64,000 nt of DNA, taken from the NCBI GenBank assembly GCA_034521735.1, contig JAXHLX010000021.1:24714-88713 (forward strand), read 5' to 3'. This document shows positions 38,205 to 46,997 of this stretch, in pieces (the stretch's first letter is position 1; every line of letters begins with the position of its first letter). The notes beneath the pieces were generated by a model. That model was not told the origin of the DNA, searched no databases, and saw nothing but the letters and a program-made list of their open reading frames with translations. Source of the stretch: Bacteroidales bacterium. GTDB lineage: Bacteria; Bacteroidota; Bacteroidia; Bacteroidales; VadinHA17. The position numbers and the translations under genes are program-made.

Positions 38205-40380
38205 ATGAGATTTTTCAATCTGCTTTTGCTGATACTTTTCTTTTATCCAATACAATTAAGCGGAGAAAATTCCCCGGCAGATTTACTATTAACAGCTGAT
38301 GGAATTAACTGCTCAACAGAGTATTCGGGGAATATCAGGCATGCACCAAATCCATTATGGGACCCGGGAGATTTTATTGACGGGAAGGGGGTTCAAAAAA
38401 GTATTAGTGCAGACTATATAAAGAATCTTAAGGATAAACTTTATGTCTCCTTCCGGCAAGTATATTACAACGGCCGGGTCAGTATTGACAGTCACCCTGA
38501 AAAAGGTTTTTTTGAAAGAAATATTAAACTTTTCCTGTTGCTGGCGGGACTGTTACTCCTTGTTTCGTTGCTGATATTTTCAAACATAAGCATACTGAAG
38601 CAGCAGGTACGTAAAAAAACTGCTGAACTACAGAAAACAGCTATGGCATGAACAATTGACCAGGGCAAAAGAAAAAGCGGAGATAAGTGAGAAAAAATTA
38701 TCTCTTTTAAATGAAATGGTTCTGGAAATTTTAAAACAGCAAAAGCTCGAAGACATCTATAACTATATAAGCGGCAGCCTGCAGAAACAGTTCCCCGGTA
38801 CGATAGTTTTGTGTACCTCGATTAACGAAGCCAGGAATAATTCGAGACTGGAATCGGTATCCGGACTTGACAACAACCTTTTGAACAGGATCATGAAAAT
38901 TTCAGGTTTCAACCCTGTTGGAAAGAATTATAATCTCACCACATTGCACCATAAGTATTTCAAATCAGGGAAACTGGTTGAATTTGAAGGCGGGCTGGCT
39001 GATTTTTCAGCCACTGAATTTCCCAAAGCGGCAGCAAGAACCATTCATAAACTTATCGGCATAAATAAGATATATACAATTGGTATCAACAAAGATGATA
39101 GCCTGTTTGCAGCCATCCATTTCTTTTCACGTAATAAAAATGATAATATACTGGATGATGCTGCTTTCATTGAAACATTCGTCAACCAGGCCGGCCTCGT
39201 TTTACAAAAATTTATGATCAGGGAAGAGTTGATTAAAGCAAAAGATAAAGCAGAAGAAAGCGACAGGCTTAAGTCAAACTTCCTGCAGAATATGTCGCAT
39301 GAAATACGTACACCGCTGAATGCAATAGTCGGCTTTTCTCAATTAATGACCGATCCTCAACTGACAGAAGAGGAACATAAGACATATGCAGACCAGATAC
39401 AAAACGGAAGTGATAAGCTAACCAGTGTGATAAAGGATATTATTGAAATATCCCAGGTGCAGTCAGGACAGGCAGAGCTAAGCAAAACTGAATTTGACCT
39501 TGTCGGTTTAATCACTGAGCTAACATCATCAGTGTCTGAAAAGGCGAAAAACAAAAACCTTGAATTAACGGTTCATCAAAAAATTGCACAGGAGAAATTT
39601 AACATTGAAACAGACAGGGAAAAGTTACGGGCAATACTAATTCATTTAATGGACAATGCTGTTAAGTTTACATCCGAAGGATCCGTTAAGATAATTACTG
39701 ACATCAGGGATGACAATCTGCATTTCTCCATTTCAGATACCGGTATTGGGATATCCCCGGAAACACAAAAAGTCATTTTTAAACCCTTCCGTCAGAGTGA
39801 TACGGATACCCGCCGCAAATTCGGAGGTAACGGACTGGGACTTTCACTGGTCAGGGCATATGCGGACTTACTCGGCGGTACCATAAAACTTGAATCAAAA
39901 ATCAATAAGGGAACAACAGTTACTGTCTCTTTACCCATAAGCGCAAAGACCGCAGGTGAAACGGCAAAAGTGCCTGAGAGCAGCAATGTCAGGGCTGCTT
40001 CGAATGATAATAATAAAAACACTGTTATCATTGCTGAAGATGAATATGCCAATTTCCTGTATCTGAAGCAATTGATAAAGAAAGACAATGTAAATGTGCT
40101 GCATGCAAAGGATGGATACGAAGTCATTGATCTGTGCAGGAATGACTCCGCAGTAAATCTCATCTTTATGGATATAAAAATGCCGAATATGGATGGTCAC
40201 ACAGCGGCTAAAATGATAAAGGAATTCCGGCCTGAACTGCCTATAATTGCCCAGACAGCTTATGCGCTGGAATCCGATAAGAAGAAATTCGCTGATGTTT
40301 TTGATGATTATCTGATCAAGCCAATTGAGAAAGCCAGGGTTCAACAAATAATCAAAAAGTACGGTAGTGCCCTTAACTAG
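38205..40380 (+). CDS. hybrid sensor histidine kinase/response regulator, split by a 1-nt insertion between 38599 and 38651
   Basis: ORF 38205-38651 supplies the signal/periplasmic part and a TM. ORF 38656-40380 supplies the coiled coil, a sensor domain, HisKA (SHEIRTPLNAI), HATPase (GGNGLGLSLV) and REC (DIKMPNMDG). The span is 2176 nt, which is 3n+1. Candidate indel sites are the A7 run at 38613-38619 or the A4 run at 38634-38637. Confidence 0.8.
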
Positions 40381-40503
40381 TAATTTAATAAGCTAATACT
40401 GTCATAAACCAAAAATAACATCCCGCTTGCGGAGCATTATCTTTTTTTCTATTTTCGCAAAGCTTTGTCTAGTCCGGATGGCAGGACCGAGCGAACGGCA
40501 ACA

Positions 40504-40587
40504 GCCCGGATGGCGGAATTGGTAGACGCGCTGGTCTCAAACACCAGTGGCCGCGAGGCCGTGCCGGTTCGACCCCGGCTCCGGGTA
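40504..40587 (+). tRNA. tRNA-Leu (anticodon CAA)
   Basis: Hand-folded: anticodon stem CTGGT/ACCAG with loop CT-CAA-AC; long variable arm GGCC-gcga-GGCC; T arm GCCGG-TTCGACC-CCGGC. Confidence 0.88.
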
Positions 40588-40590
40588 CAG

Positions 40591-40634
40591 AAACGGAAGA
40601 AACGGATTTTTGATCTTGTTCTTCCGTTTTTTTT
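40591..40634 (+). terminator. terminator after tRNA-Leu
   Basis: ACGGAAGAA (40593-40601) pairs with TTCTTCCGT (40619-40627), followed by T8. Confidence 0.65.
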
Positions 40635-40752
40635 GTAAGTGCATTCGGTATTCTTGAATATACATTCAGGGACTTTGTTGTATAATATAAAGACGATACA
40701 TTTAAAAGAAAATAATACCCGGCGTCGCTTCGTAACCTTGTTTCTGTAAAAA

Positions 40753-42042
40753 TCATAATATACAGATGAAAATCTCCCTCTTCAGGCAGCCTATTGGAAC
40801 TACCAACACACCATCAGACCGTCTGTATGCAACATGACCTCCTGTGAGTACCATAAGAAAAGAAGGACTATTCATCTTTGCTTTATCAATTTTTTCACTG
40901 AGCTTTAATAAGTTAGCAGCAGCTTCGTCAATTTGCTTCATGCCAAGTTTAACTTCAACAGCAGCCCACCGACCATCATGAAGTTTTAAAATAAAATCTG
41001 CTTCCAATTCTGATTTATCCCGATAGTGGAATACTTCTCCATCAAGAGCCTGGCTATACACTCTCAAATCACGCGTACACAGGGACTCAAATAAGAACCC
41101 AAATGTTTCAAAGTCCCTTAAAATCCCCTGAGCATTAGTGCGCATTGCAGCTGTTGCTATTGATGGATCAACAAATTGGCGTTTGTGTGACGTGCGTATT
41201 GCCGTCTTTGAGCGAAGTGAAGGTTGCCAGGCAGGGACATCTTCAATAACAAATAATCTGCGGAGGGCATTGAGATATGAAGTCAATGTCTTATTTGTTA
41301 TTGATGTCTCGTTAACCTGCATATCGCCCATAATCGTCTTCGCTGTTGCAAGAGTGGAAACATTTCTAGCCAACGATTGTAACAACACCCGAACTCTTTC
41401 AGGGTCTTTTTCAATCCCATCCACACGCTGAATATCCATGTTTATTATAGCATCGACATAGTTCATTGCTGTTCGTGTAGACTCTTTCCCGGACACAACG
41501 GCAGCGGGCCATCCTCCCCTGCAAATTGCATTTGCTATTTGATCTATTGTTAAAATACTCTTTGCTCCAATCTCCGTTTCTCCATTAAACAAATCTTTGA
41601 GAGATACTTTCCCATTTGATTCTCCAGACTCAAACAAGCTCATGGGCCGCATAAGCATTCTGGCAATTCTTCCCGTTCCAGAATGAGCAACTCCATCGTC
41701 GGTGGGTGTTGCTGAACCGGTAAGAATAAACTGCCCCATCAAGCCTCGTTTATCGACGGCAAATCTTACAGCATCCCGAAATAACCGGGGCCATCTGCCA
41801 CTCATCAAGAAGCAAAGGGGGATTTCCCTCTAACAGCAGCGATGGTTGAGTATCTGCCATAGCCAAATACCCGGGCCCCTCATCAGGATCCTGCATATAT
41901 ACAACACTTTTTGCTTTTTGTAAAGATGATTCTGTTTTACCACACCACTTTGCTCCTTCAATAAGCACTGCCCCTGTGGATTCAGAGTAAACTTTCGAGT
42001 AGCTATATCACTAATACGAGATATGTATTTACCAGTTTTCAC
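40753..42042 (-). pseudogene. AAA-family ATPase (AAA_14/DUF4143-like) with two compensating homopolymer frameshifts
   Basis: Three ORF pieces (41830-42042, 41750-41968, 40753-41808). The frame changes at the C4 run 41971-41974 and the G4 run 41787-41790. The corrected reading gives ..LNPQGAVLIEGAKWCGKTE..LLLDEWQMARLFRDAVRFAVDKRG..FILTGSA. Confidence 0.7.
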
Positions 42043-42097
42043 GACAAATATTAATTATCATTAAAGATACTGATATTTAACAAAATAAAAAATCAAT

Positions 42098-42156
42098 TCC
42101 TAACTTTAGCACTCTTTCACTCCTAACTTTGGCGACTTATTACTCCTAACTTTGGC
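42098..42156. repeat. three direct copies of TCCTAACTTT(A/G)GC at exact 23-bp spacing
   Basis: Copies start at 42098, 42121 and 42144. They lie 55-115 nt upstream of the ATPase start. Confidence 0.8.
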
Positions 42157-42423
42157 TAACAACTACCCTCCAGATCAAATCCAGATCCTTCAAAAATGGT
42201 TCGGAAAAATGTCCGGCTCCGGGCACTCTAACAACAAGTGAAAAGCACTGATAAATATAATTATCGGTGCTTTTCTTTTGTGTTTGCTGATTAAGCAGAG
42301 GACTGTTATGAGTCAACCGTTCAAAAGTCTCCTGTGACTTATATTTCTCATAAAACAAGGCCAGGGCGGCCACAAACCCTGACAATACTATATTTTTTAT
42401 TGTCCCTGCCAGGCAGTGCTGAT

Positions 42424-43629
42424 TTATAGTTTCATCTTGTAAATCAAGAGTATATCGTTATCATCCGTTTTGATAGATTCTGCCAGCATCTCCAGTTTAG
42501 GAATGATATTCATATCTTTTGTATCCTCAATTTTCTTTCTGAGAGCATCGATAAATGTGATAGCAGGGTAGTGGAATATTATGTATTCATTATTATAGAT
42601 GAAAGGTCGTCTGCTTTCTGTAATGTCAAACCGGAAGTCATTGATTATCTCAAAAAAGAAGGCTTCCCCGGAATCTTTATCCACAGCAAGGAGTTTTGTT
42701 GAATGTGCCTTACCGTTTATCGTTACTGAAAGCAAATAATGATTAGCTGTCTCTCCAAGTAATTTGATACTGTAACAGCCCTCTGTTGCTGCAAGGATGT
42801 TTTCAAATCTACCCGGTCCGGTTGAACTCCTGGCTTCCCTGATCTTTGCTTCATCAAACTTATATCTATCTGTGAATACTGTGGCTACAGGGGTGACCTT
42901 CCCCTCCAATGATAAAGAATATATTGTATCAGATTCTCCAATCTTAAAGTGATAATCTTCATCGAATGGGTATACTATACTTGTGTTAGTTGAATATGTG
43001 AAGTAATCTGACGGTATTCTGTTCTTTATCTTAATAACATTTTCATTATCAATAGTTTTTATGACAATCATATTCCTGGAATCAACATTTCCGGGTTTAA
43101 TGACTTTGTTGTTATGTATTAGTACTCTGTTGGCACCCTGATCATCAGATCGTCCGAACGCATTTATCTTTTTAACTAATTCTCCGGAGTTATTGTATAC
43201 GAAAACCCATCCCTCTTTCGGATGCGAATAGTTGCCTCCAAGCTGCAACCATATTGAATTATCATTTTTATCTATATGAGGAGAAACAACTGAAGTGTAT
43301 TCATCCGGGCCAACTCCTATGCTACCAATGTCTCTGATATATTCACCTGTTGTTGTAAAAAGTTTGGCAGGTTTCTGATCCCTGTCGACAATCAGGATAT
43401 ATTCATCATTGAGCGCAAATTCTGTTGGATTATTGAGCAGTGCCGCTTCACTGGATTCAAGTAATACCATCCTGAATTCCCTGGCTATTTCACTCAGATA
43501 TAATTTTCTGGTCTCAATATTGTCGATATTTACTGAGAGATCAACTTCTGTTTCATTAGCCGTGGAGCCCTTTCTTCCCGAGCAACTGCCAACCAGAAGG
43601 ATGATAGCAATAATGATACTTTTATTCAT
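42424..43629 (-). CDS. hypothetical lipoprotein, possibly 6-bladed beta-propeller family
   Basis: Lipobox ILLVGSCSG. 401 aa with repetitive beta-rich segments. The family assignment is from memory of similar Bacteroidales lipoproteins and is tentative. Confidence 0.7.
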   Translation of the reverse strand: MNKSIIIAIILLVGSCSGRKGSTANETEVDLSVNIDNIETRKLYLSEIAREFRMVLLESSEAALLNNPTEFALNDEYILIVDRDQKPAKLFTTTGEYIRDIGSIGVGPDEYTSVVSPHIDKNDNSIWLQLGGNYSHPKEGWVFVYNNSGELVKKINAFGRSDDQGANRVLIHNNKVIKPGNVDSRNMIVIKTIDNENVIKIKNRIPSDYFTYSTNTSIVYPFDEDYHFKIGESDTIYSLSLEGKVTPVATVFTDRYKFDEAKIREARSSTGPGRFENILAATEGCYSIKLLGETANHYLLSVTINGKAHSTKLLAVDKDSGEAFFFEIINDFRFDITESRRPFIYNNEYIIFHYPAITFIDALRKKIEDTKDMNIIPKLEMLAESIKTDDNDILLIYKMKL

Positions 43630-43737
43630 GTGATTATATTTTATTTATTTCATTGGACACATGCCTGTCTGCCGAACAGGCATGCCCGCCTGCAGGTTGG
43701 TTGTGAAATAATGGTAATTTTTTAATGGACGTTTCAT
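43630..43737 (-). repeat. conserved leader module, copy D (abuts the ATG of the lipoprotein gene)
   Basis: Minus strand reads ATGAAACGTCCATTAAAAAATTACCATTATTTCACAACCAACCTGCAGGCGGGCATGCCTGTTCGGCAGACAGGCATGTGTCCAATGAAATAAATAAAATATAATCAC, then ATG. Confidence 0.8.
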
Positions 43738-43808
43738 ATGATTTCAGATTAATTATGCTCAATTTACTACTTTATAATCTCAAAGCCGGATCCTTAAGCA
43801 ATCACCTG

Positions 43809-44147
43809 TTATTTTCTGGCAAAAGATATCCCTATCAGCTTTTCTAAAAAAAAGATGATAATCAGGCAGCTGGCAATTACGGCAACAGGCATTATACTGC
43901 CTGACAGGCTCAGGCCTGATAATACAGTCAAGGATTGTGGTGCAAGGACCAGCGCTATACCGGAGAGCAAGCCAAGAAAGAAAAATATCCATGACAATCT
44001 AATATTCCTGAGAACTGATTTACTCTTTGCCTGTTCCCTGTGTATTCCGGCCATCAGCTCATCCTCAAAATCATTAAAAGGCATCTCGCGGCTGCCATCT
44101 GACAGCAGTTCCCTGAAATACTTATCGTGGTTATTATTATTTTCCAT
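43809..44147 (-). CDS. small membrane protein, candidate anti-sigma factor
   Basis: ATGA overlap with the upstream ECF sigma gene. Cytoplasmic N-terminus followed by two TM segments. No zf-HC2 motif. Confidence 0.6.
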   Translation of the reverse strand: MENNNNHDKYFRELLSDGSREMPFNDFEDELMAGIHREQAKSKSVLRNIRLSWIFFFLGLLSGIALVLAPQSLTVLSGLSLSGSIMPVAVIASCLIIIFFLEKLIGISFARK

Positions 44148-44704
44148 CAGTATAATGTTTTCTTTTCCGTTGATAATAGAAGGTTAAGCTCATGATACAT
44201 ATTCTGCCGGCCGCGGTGCAGCAATACTTTTACCTTTGACACGGTCCACCCTGTCAGCTCCCCTATCTCCTCAATTGAATGTTCCTGTATATAAAAGAGT
44301 GTCAGGGCCAGGGCTTCATTTGAAGAAATATTCGCCATGGCCAGATCGATAAAATATCTTTGCTCTGACTGGCTCAGGCGGTCATGTATTTCCGTATGGT
44401 CTATGCCGGGTACTTCAGCCCTGACGGTGCTCCCCGGGTTTTCCTTTTTAAATTTCCCTGAATATTTTAAAGATTCGTTAATGACAATACGAAAAAGCCA
44501 GGTGGAGAATTCTGAGCTGCCCCTGAATTTGCCCAGCTTGCGGAAGGCAATAATATAAGCTTCCTGTACCGCATCGCGGGCATCATATTCATTTTTCAGC
44601 ACAGACAGGGCAATGGTATATGCCCTGTCCTTATACTGGTGAACAAGATATCTGAAAGCATCAGTGTCGCCATCCAACACTTTTTTAATATACAGTTCAT
44701 CCAT
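44147..44704 (-). CDS. RNA polymerase ECF-type sigma-70 factor
   Basis: Region 2 (FRYLVHQYKDRAYTIA..DAVQEAYI..TWLFRIVINES) and region 4 (ALTLFYIQEHSIEEIGELTGWTVSKVKVLLHRGR). Confidence 0.88.
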   Translation of the reverse strand: MDELYIKKVLDGDTDAFRYLVHQYKDRAYTIALSVLKNEYDARDAVQEAYIIAFRKLGKFRGSSEFSTWLFRIVINESLKYSGKFKKENPGSTVRAEVPGIDHTEIHDRLSQSEQRYFIDLAMANISSNEALALTLFYIQEHSIEEIGELTGWTVSKVKVLLHRGRQNMYHELNLLLSTEKKTLY

Positions 44705-44708
44705 TCAC

Positions 44709-45062
44709 TTACTCCTTATTCCTCCTGTCAACAAAATGTGCAATAATCATTGATATACCACCGAAAATCAGTCCCGAGACTACCATCAGTATTAAAATAG
44801 CGTCCCTGATCTCGGAGTTGTCAGGGGCAGCGAAGAGGATTATTATAACCAGCAACACCCCTATACTAACCCCGGTTATAACAATACCTATCTTCAGCCA
44901 GGGAAACTTTTTCTCCCTGAAGGCATCCGGCGCATCGCTACCTTTTTCGATAAGGGCCAGCCTCTCCCTGTTGCGGGCTCTGATATAATAAATATAAGAC
45001 AGTGTGATGGCTGCAAAAAAGGCTATCCATGGCAGCGCTCTGAAAAGGTAATTAAGGCTCAT
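44709..45062 (-). CDS. small membrane protein (3 TM)
   Basis: 117-aa ORF, 4 nt upstream of the sigma gene on the same strand. Confidence 0.65.
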   Translation of the reverse strand: MSLNYLFRALPWIAFFAAITLSYIYYIRARNRERLALIEKGSDAPDAFREKKFPWLKIGIVITGVSIGVLLVIIILFAAPDNSEIRDAILILMVVSGLIFGGISMIIAHFVDRRNKE

Positions 45063-45190
45063 AATAAAGATTTTTTTGGTTACAACTACCTTTTAGATAC
45101 ACTGAGCCGGAAAAAGGTTACAAATGCTGTTCCTCCTCAATGTTCAGCCTACTCACTGCTCACCGTAAAAAGAAGAGATAAGCGGAAAGC

Positions 45191-45541
45191 TTACTCAAAC
45201 TCCTTTGGCACGCCGCATATTATTTTTAGCTCCTTATCGGCTGATGTGTTCCGGTACTGGTGCTTTTCATCGGGGTCAACCAGGGCAAAGTCACCCTCTT
45301 TCAGTGCACGCTTCTCTCCGGCTTCATTAACCAGTGCGCCCTGCCCTCCTATAATATAATTCATATGTTCATAAGGATGGCGATGATAGGGCGTGTGACC
45401 GCCCGGCTCTACCGTAAAAACCCTGTATGAATAAAGGGGTGCCCCGTCTTTGCTGCCCAGTGGTATCTGCTTAAAGGCACCATCAGCACCTTCCATATTA
45501 ACCCTGGTCTTTTCGACCTTATCAAGTGAAACAATCTTCAT
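45191..45541 (-). CDS. cupin domain protein
   Basis: Cupin motif GGHTPYHRHPYEHMNYIIGG. I chose the start at MKIVSLDK; the ORF-track start is 45607. Confidence 0.8.
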   Translation of the reverse strand: MKIVSLDKVEKTRVNMEGADGAFKQIPLGSKDGAPLYSYRVFTVEPGGHTPYHRHPYEHMNYIIGGQGALVNEAGEKRALKEGDFALVDPDEKHQYRNTSADKELKIICGVPKEFE

Positions 45542-45607
45542 AGCTTTGCTTTTTTGTTTGCATAAAAATATAAAAATTACCTCTGATGATAACATCGGAC
45601 AGGCCAT

Positions 45608-46339
45608 TTAGTTTTCAATAAACTCAAAAAGGTAGTTAACATTGCCTATGACTCCCAGCCTGCCTTCGGCTCCTGACACTATACCTACCAGGTAGCCATT
45701 CGTATCAATCACGGGTGAGCCGCTTAGCCCGCCAGGATCAACATTTTCGGTGAGCGTGTTAACATAATAATAGGGTCCCTCATTGCTGAAAACCTTCATC
45801 TTAACCAGTGAAGGCACTCCTTCTTTTTGCCTGTAGGGCCAGCCCACACAATAAATTATTTCATTTTTTTGTAATGGTCTGGTCCTTATCTTCAGAGGGG
45901 TAAAAGAGTCTGGAATATCTCCGGTTTCAAAAATCAGCCAGTCGCGGCTTTTCAGGGTATTGAAATCATCAACCGCCTCATCCCTGTTCTTGTTTATCAT
46001 TTCCCCGAATATCATGTACCTGTCCTTATCCTCTTTAGTATATGCTTTCCATTCCACAAAGTTCTCTCCAAGGTCAATAACCGGTAATTCTTCATGATTA
46101 AAGACAAGGAATATATGCTTGCATGTAATCCCCAGCGTATCATTGCCTGTGTCTACCAGAAATGAATTTCCCACGCCTTCATATGTAGTTTCCCTGAAAA
46201 TAATATCATTTGTAAACACTATATCAGGCCATTCAGAAACAGTCCTGGCAGCCCATTCCTCATTTTCTTCCGCCTCTTTACTATCACTGCATGCTGTTAA
46301 AAGTAAAAATGACAATAGCATAAAAACTAAATTCCTCAT
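45608..46339 (-). CDS. trypsin-like (S1/S1C-like) serine protease lipoprotein
   Basis: Lipobox LLLTACS. His context GITCKHIF and Ser context GGLSGSPVID. Confidence 0.7.
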   Translation of the reverse strand: MRNLVFMLLSFLLLTACSDSKEAEENEEWAARTVSEWPDIVFTNDIIFRETTYEGVGNSFLVDTGNDTLGITCKHIFLVFNHEELPVIDLGENFVEWKAYTKEDKDRYMIFGEMINKNRDEAVDDFNTLKSRDWLIFETGDIPDSFTPLKIRTRPLQKNEIIYCVGWPYRQKEGVPSLVKMKVFSNEGPYYYVNTLTENVDPGGLSGSPVIDTNGYLVGIVSGAEGRLGVIGNVNYLFEFIEN

Positions 46340-46485
46340 AGGTCTGCTATTTTAGGTCTGTTATTTAATGATCCTGTAAGAAAACCAAAGGTATCAAAAT
46401 TCAAATATTATTTAAAGCTTGCTCCGATGAATTACCCCGGCTTTCGAGGGCAGTTTTAATATTTTGTTTTAGGCACTATTATGAC

Positions 46486-46493
46486 TAATTTTG
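46486..46493 (+). promoter_or_regulatory. -7 promoter box (TAATTTTG) upstream of the dCMP deaminase gene
   Basis: Exact TAnnTTTG match, 33 nt upstream of the ATG. Confidence 0.45.
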
Positions 46494-46526
46494 ATGACCG
46501 TTTTTTTGATATGAACAGGATATAAT

Positions 46527-46997
46527 ATGGGTGAAAAAAAGAAGCTCAGGCCTTATGGCGACAAGCAAAAACAGTTTGACAGGCGTTATCTCAAGATGGC
46601 TGCTATCTGGGCTGATAACTCATACTGCAAAAGGAGGAAAGTGGGTGCACTTATTGTTAAGGGCAAAATGATCATATCCGATGGGTATAACGGTACCCCC
46701 GCCGGCTTTGAGAATATATGTGAGGATGAAAACAATAAAACCAAACCCTATGTACTGCATGCAGAAGCCAATGCCATAACCAAGGTGGCCAAATCAAATA
46801 ATTCAAGTGAGGATTCCACCCTGTATGTTACAACCTCTCCATGCATGGAATGCAGTAAGCTGATCATACAATCAGGCATCAGGCGGGTTGTCTTCAGCGA
46901 TAAGTACAGTATGACCGACGGTCTTGAACTTCTGAAAAGAGCGGGTATTGAACTTATTTACGTTGATTTTGAAAAAGATGAATATGAAATACAATAA
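46527..46997 (+). CDS. deoxycytidylate (dCMP) deaminase / ComEB family
   Basis: Zinc motifs HAEANAI and PCMECSKLI. Confidence 0.88.
   Translation: MGEKKKLRPYGDKQKQFDRRYLKMAAIWADNSYCKRRKVGALIVKGKMIISDGYNGTPAGFENICEDENNKTKPYVLHAEANAITKVAKSNNSSEDSTLYVTTSPCMECSKLIIQSGIRRVVFSDKYSMTDGLELLKRAGIELIYVDFEKDEYEIQ

Noticed and set aside
40469-40756. 95-aa minus-strand ORF
   Set aside because: It runs antisense through tRNA-Leu and its terminator.
42146-42385. 79-aa minus-strand ORF between the ATPase gene and the lipoprotein gene
   Set aside because: It has no recognisable motifs and overlaps the repeat array and the att-like sequence. Its PGAG stretch simply translates the tRNA-like 14-mer.
17370-43737. 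The leader repeats as a classical MITE/IS fragment, or as inverted-repeat sites of an invertible promoter or shufflon
   Set aside because: I found no terminal inverted repeats or target-site duplications at the copy boundaries. All four copies share one orientation, so recombination would delete essential genes. No transposase or invertase is in the window. For these reasons I kept it as an unexplained leader/repeat family.
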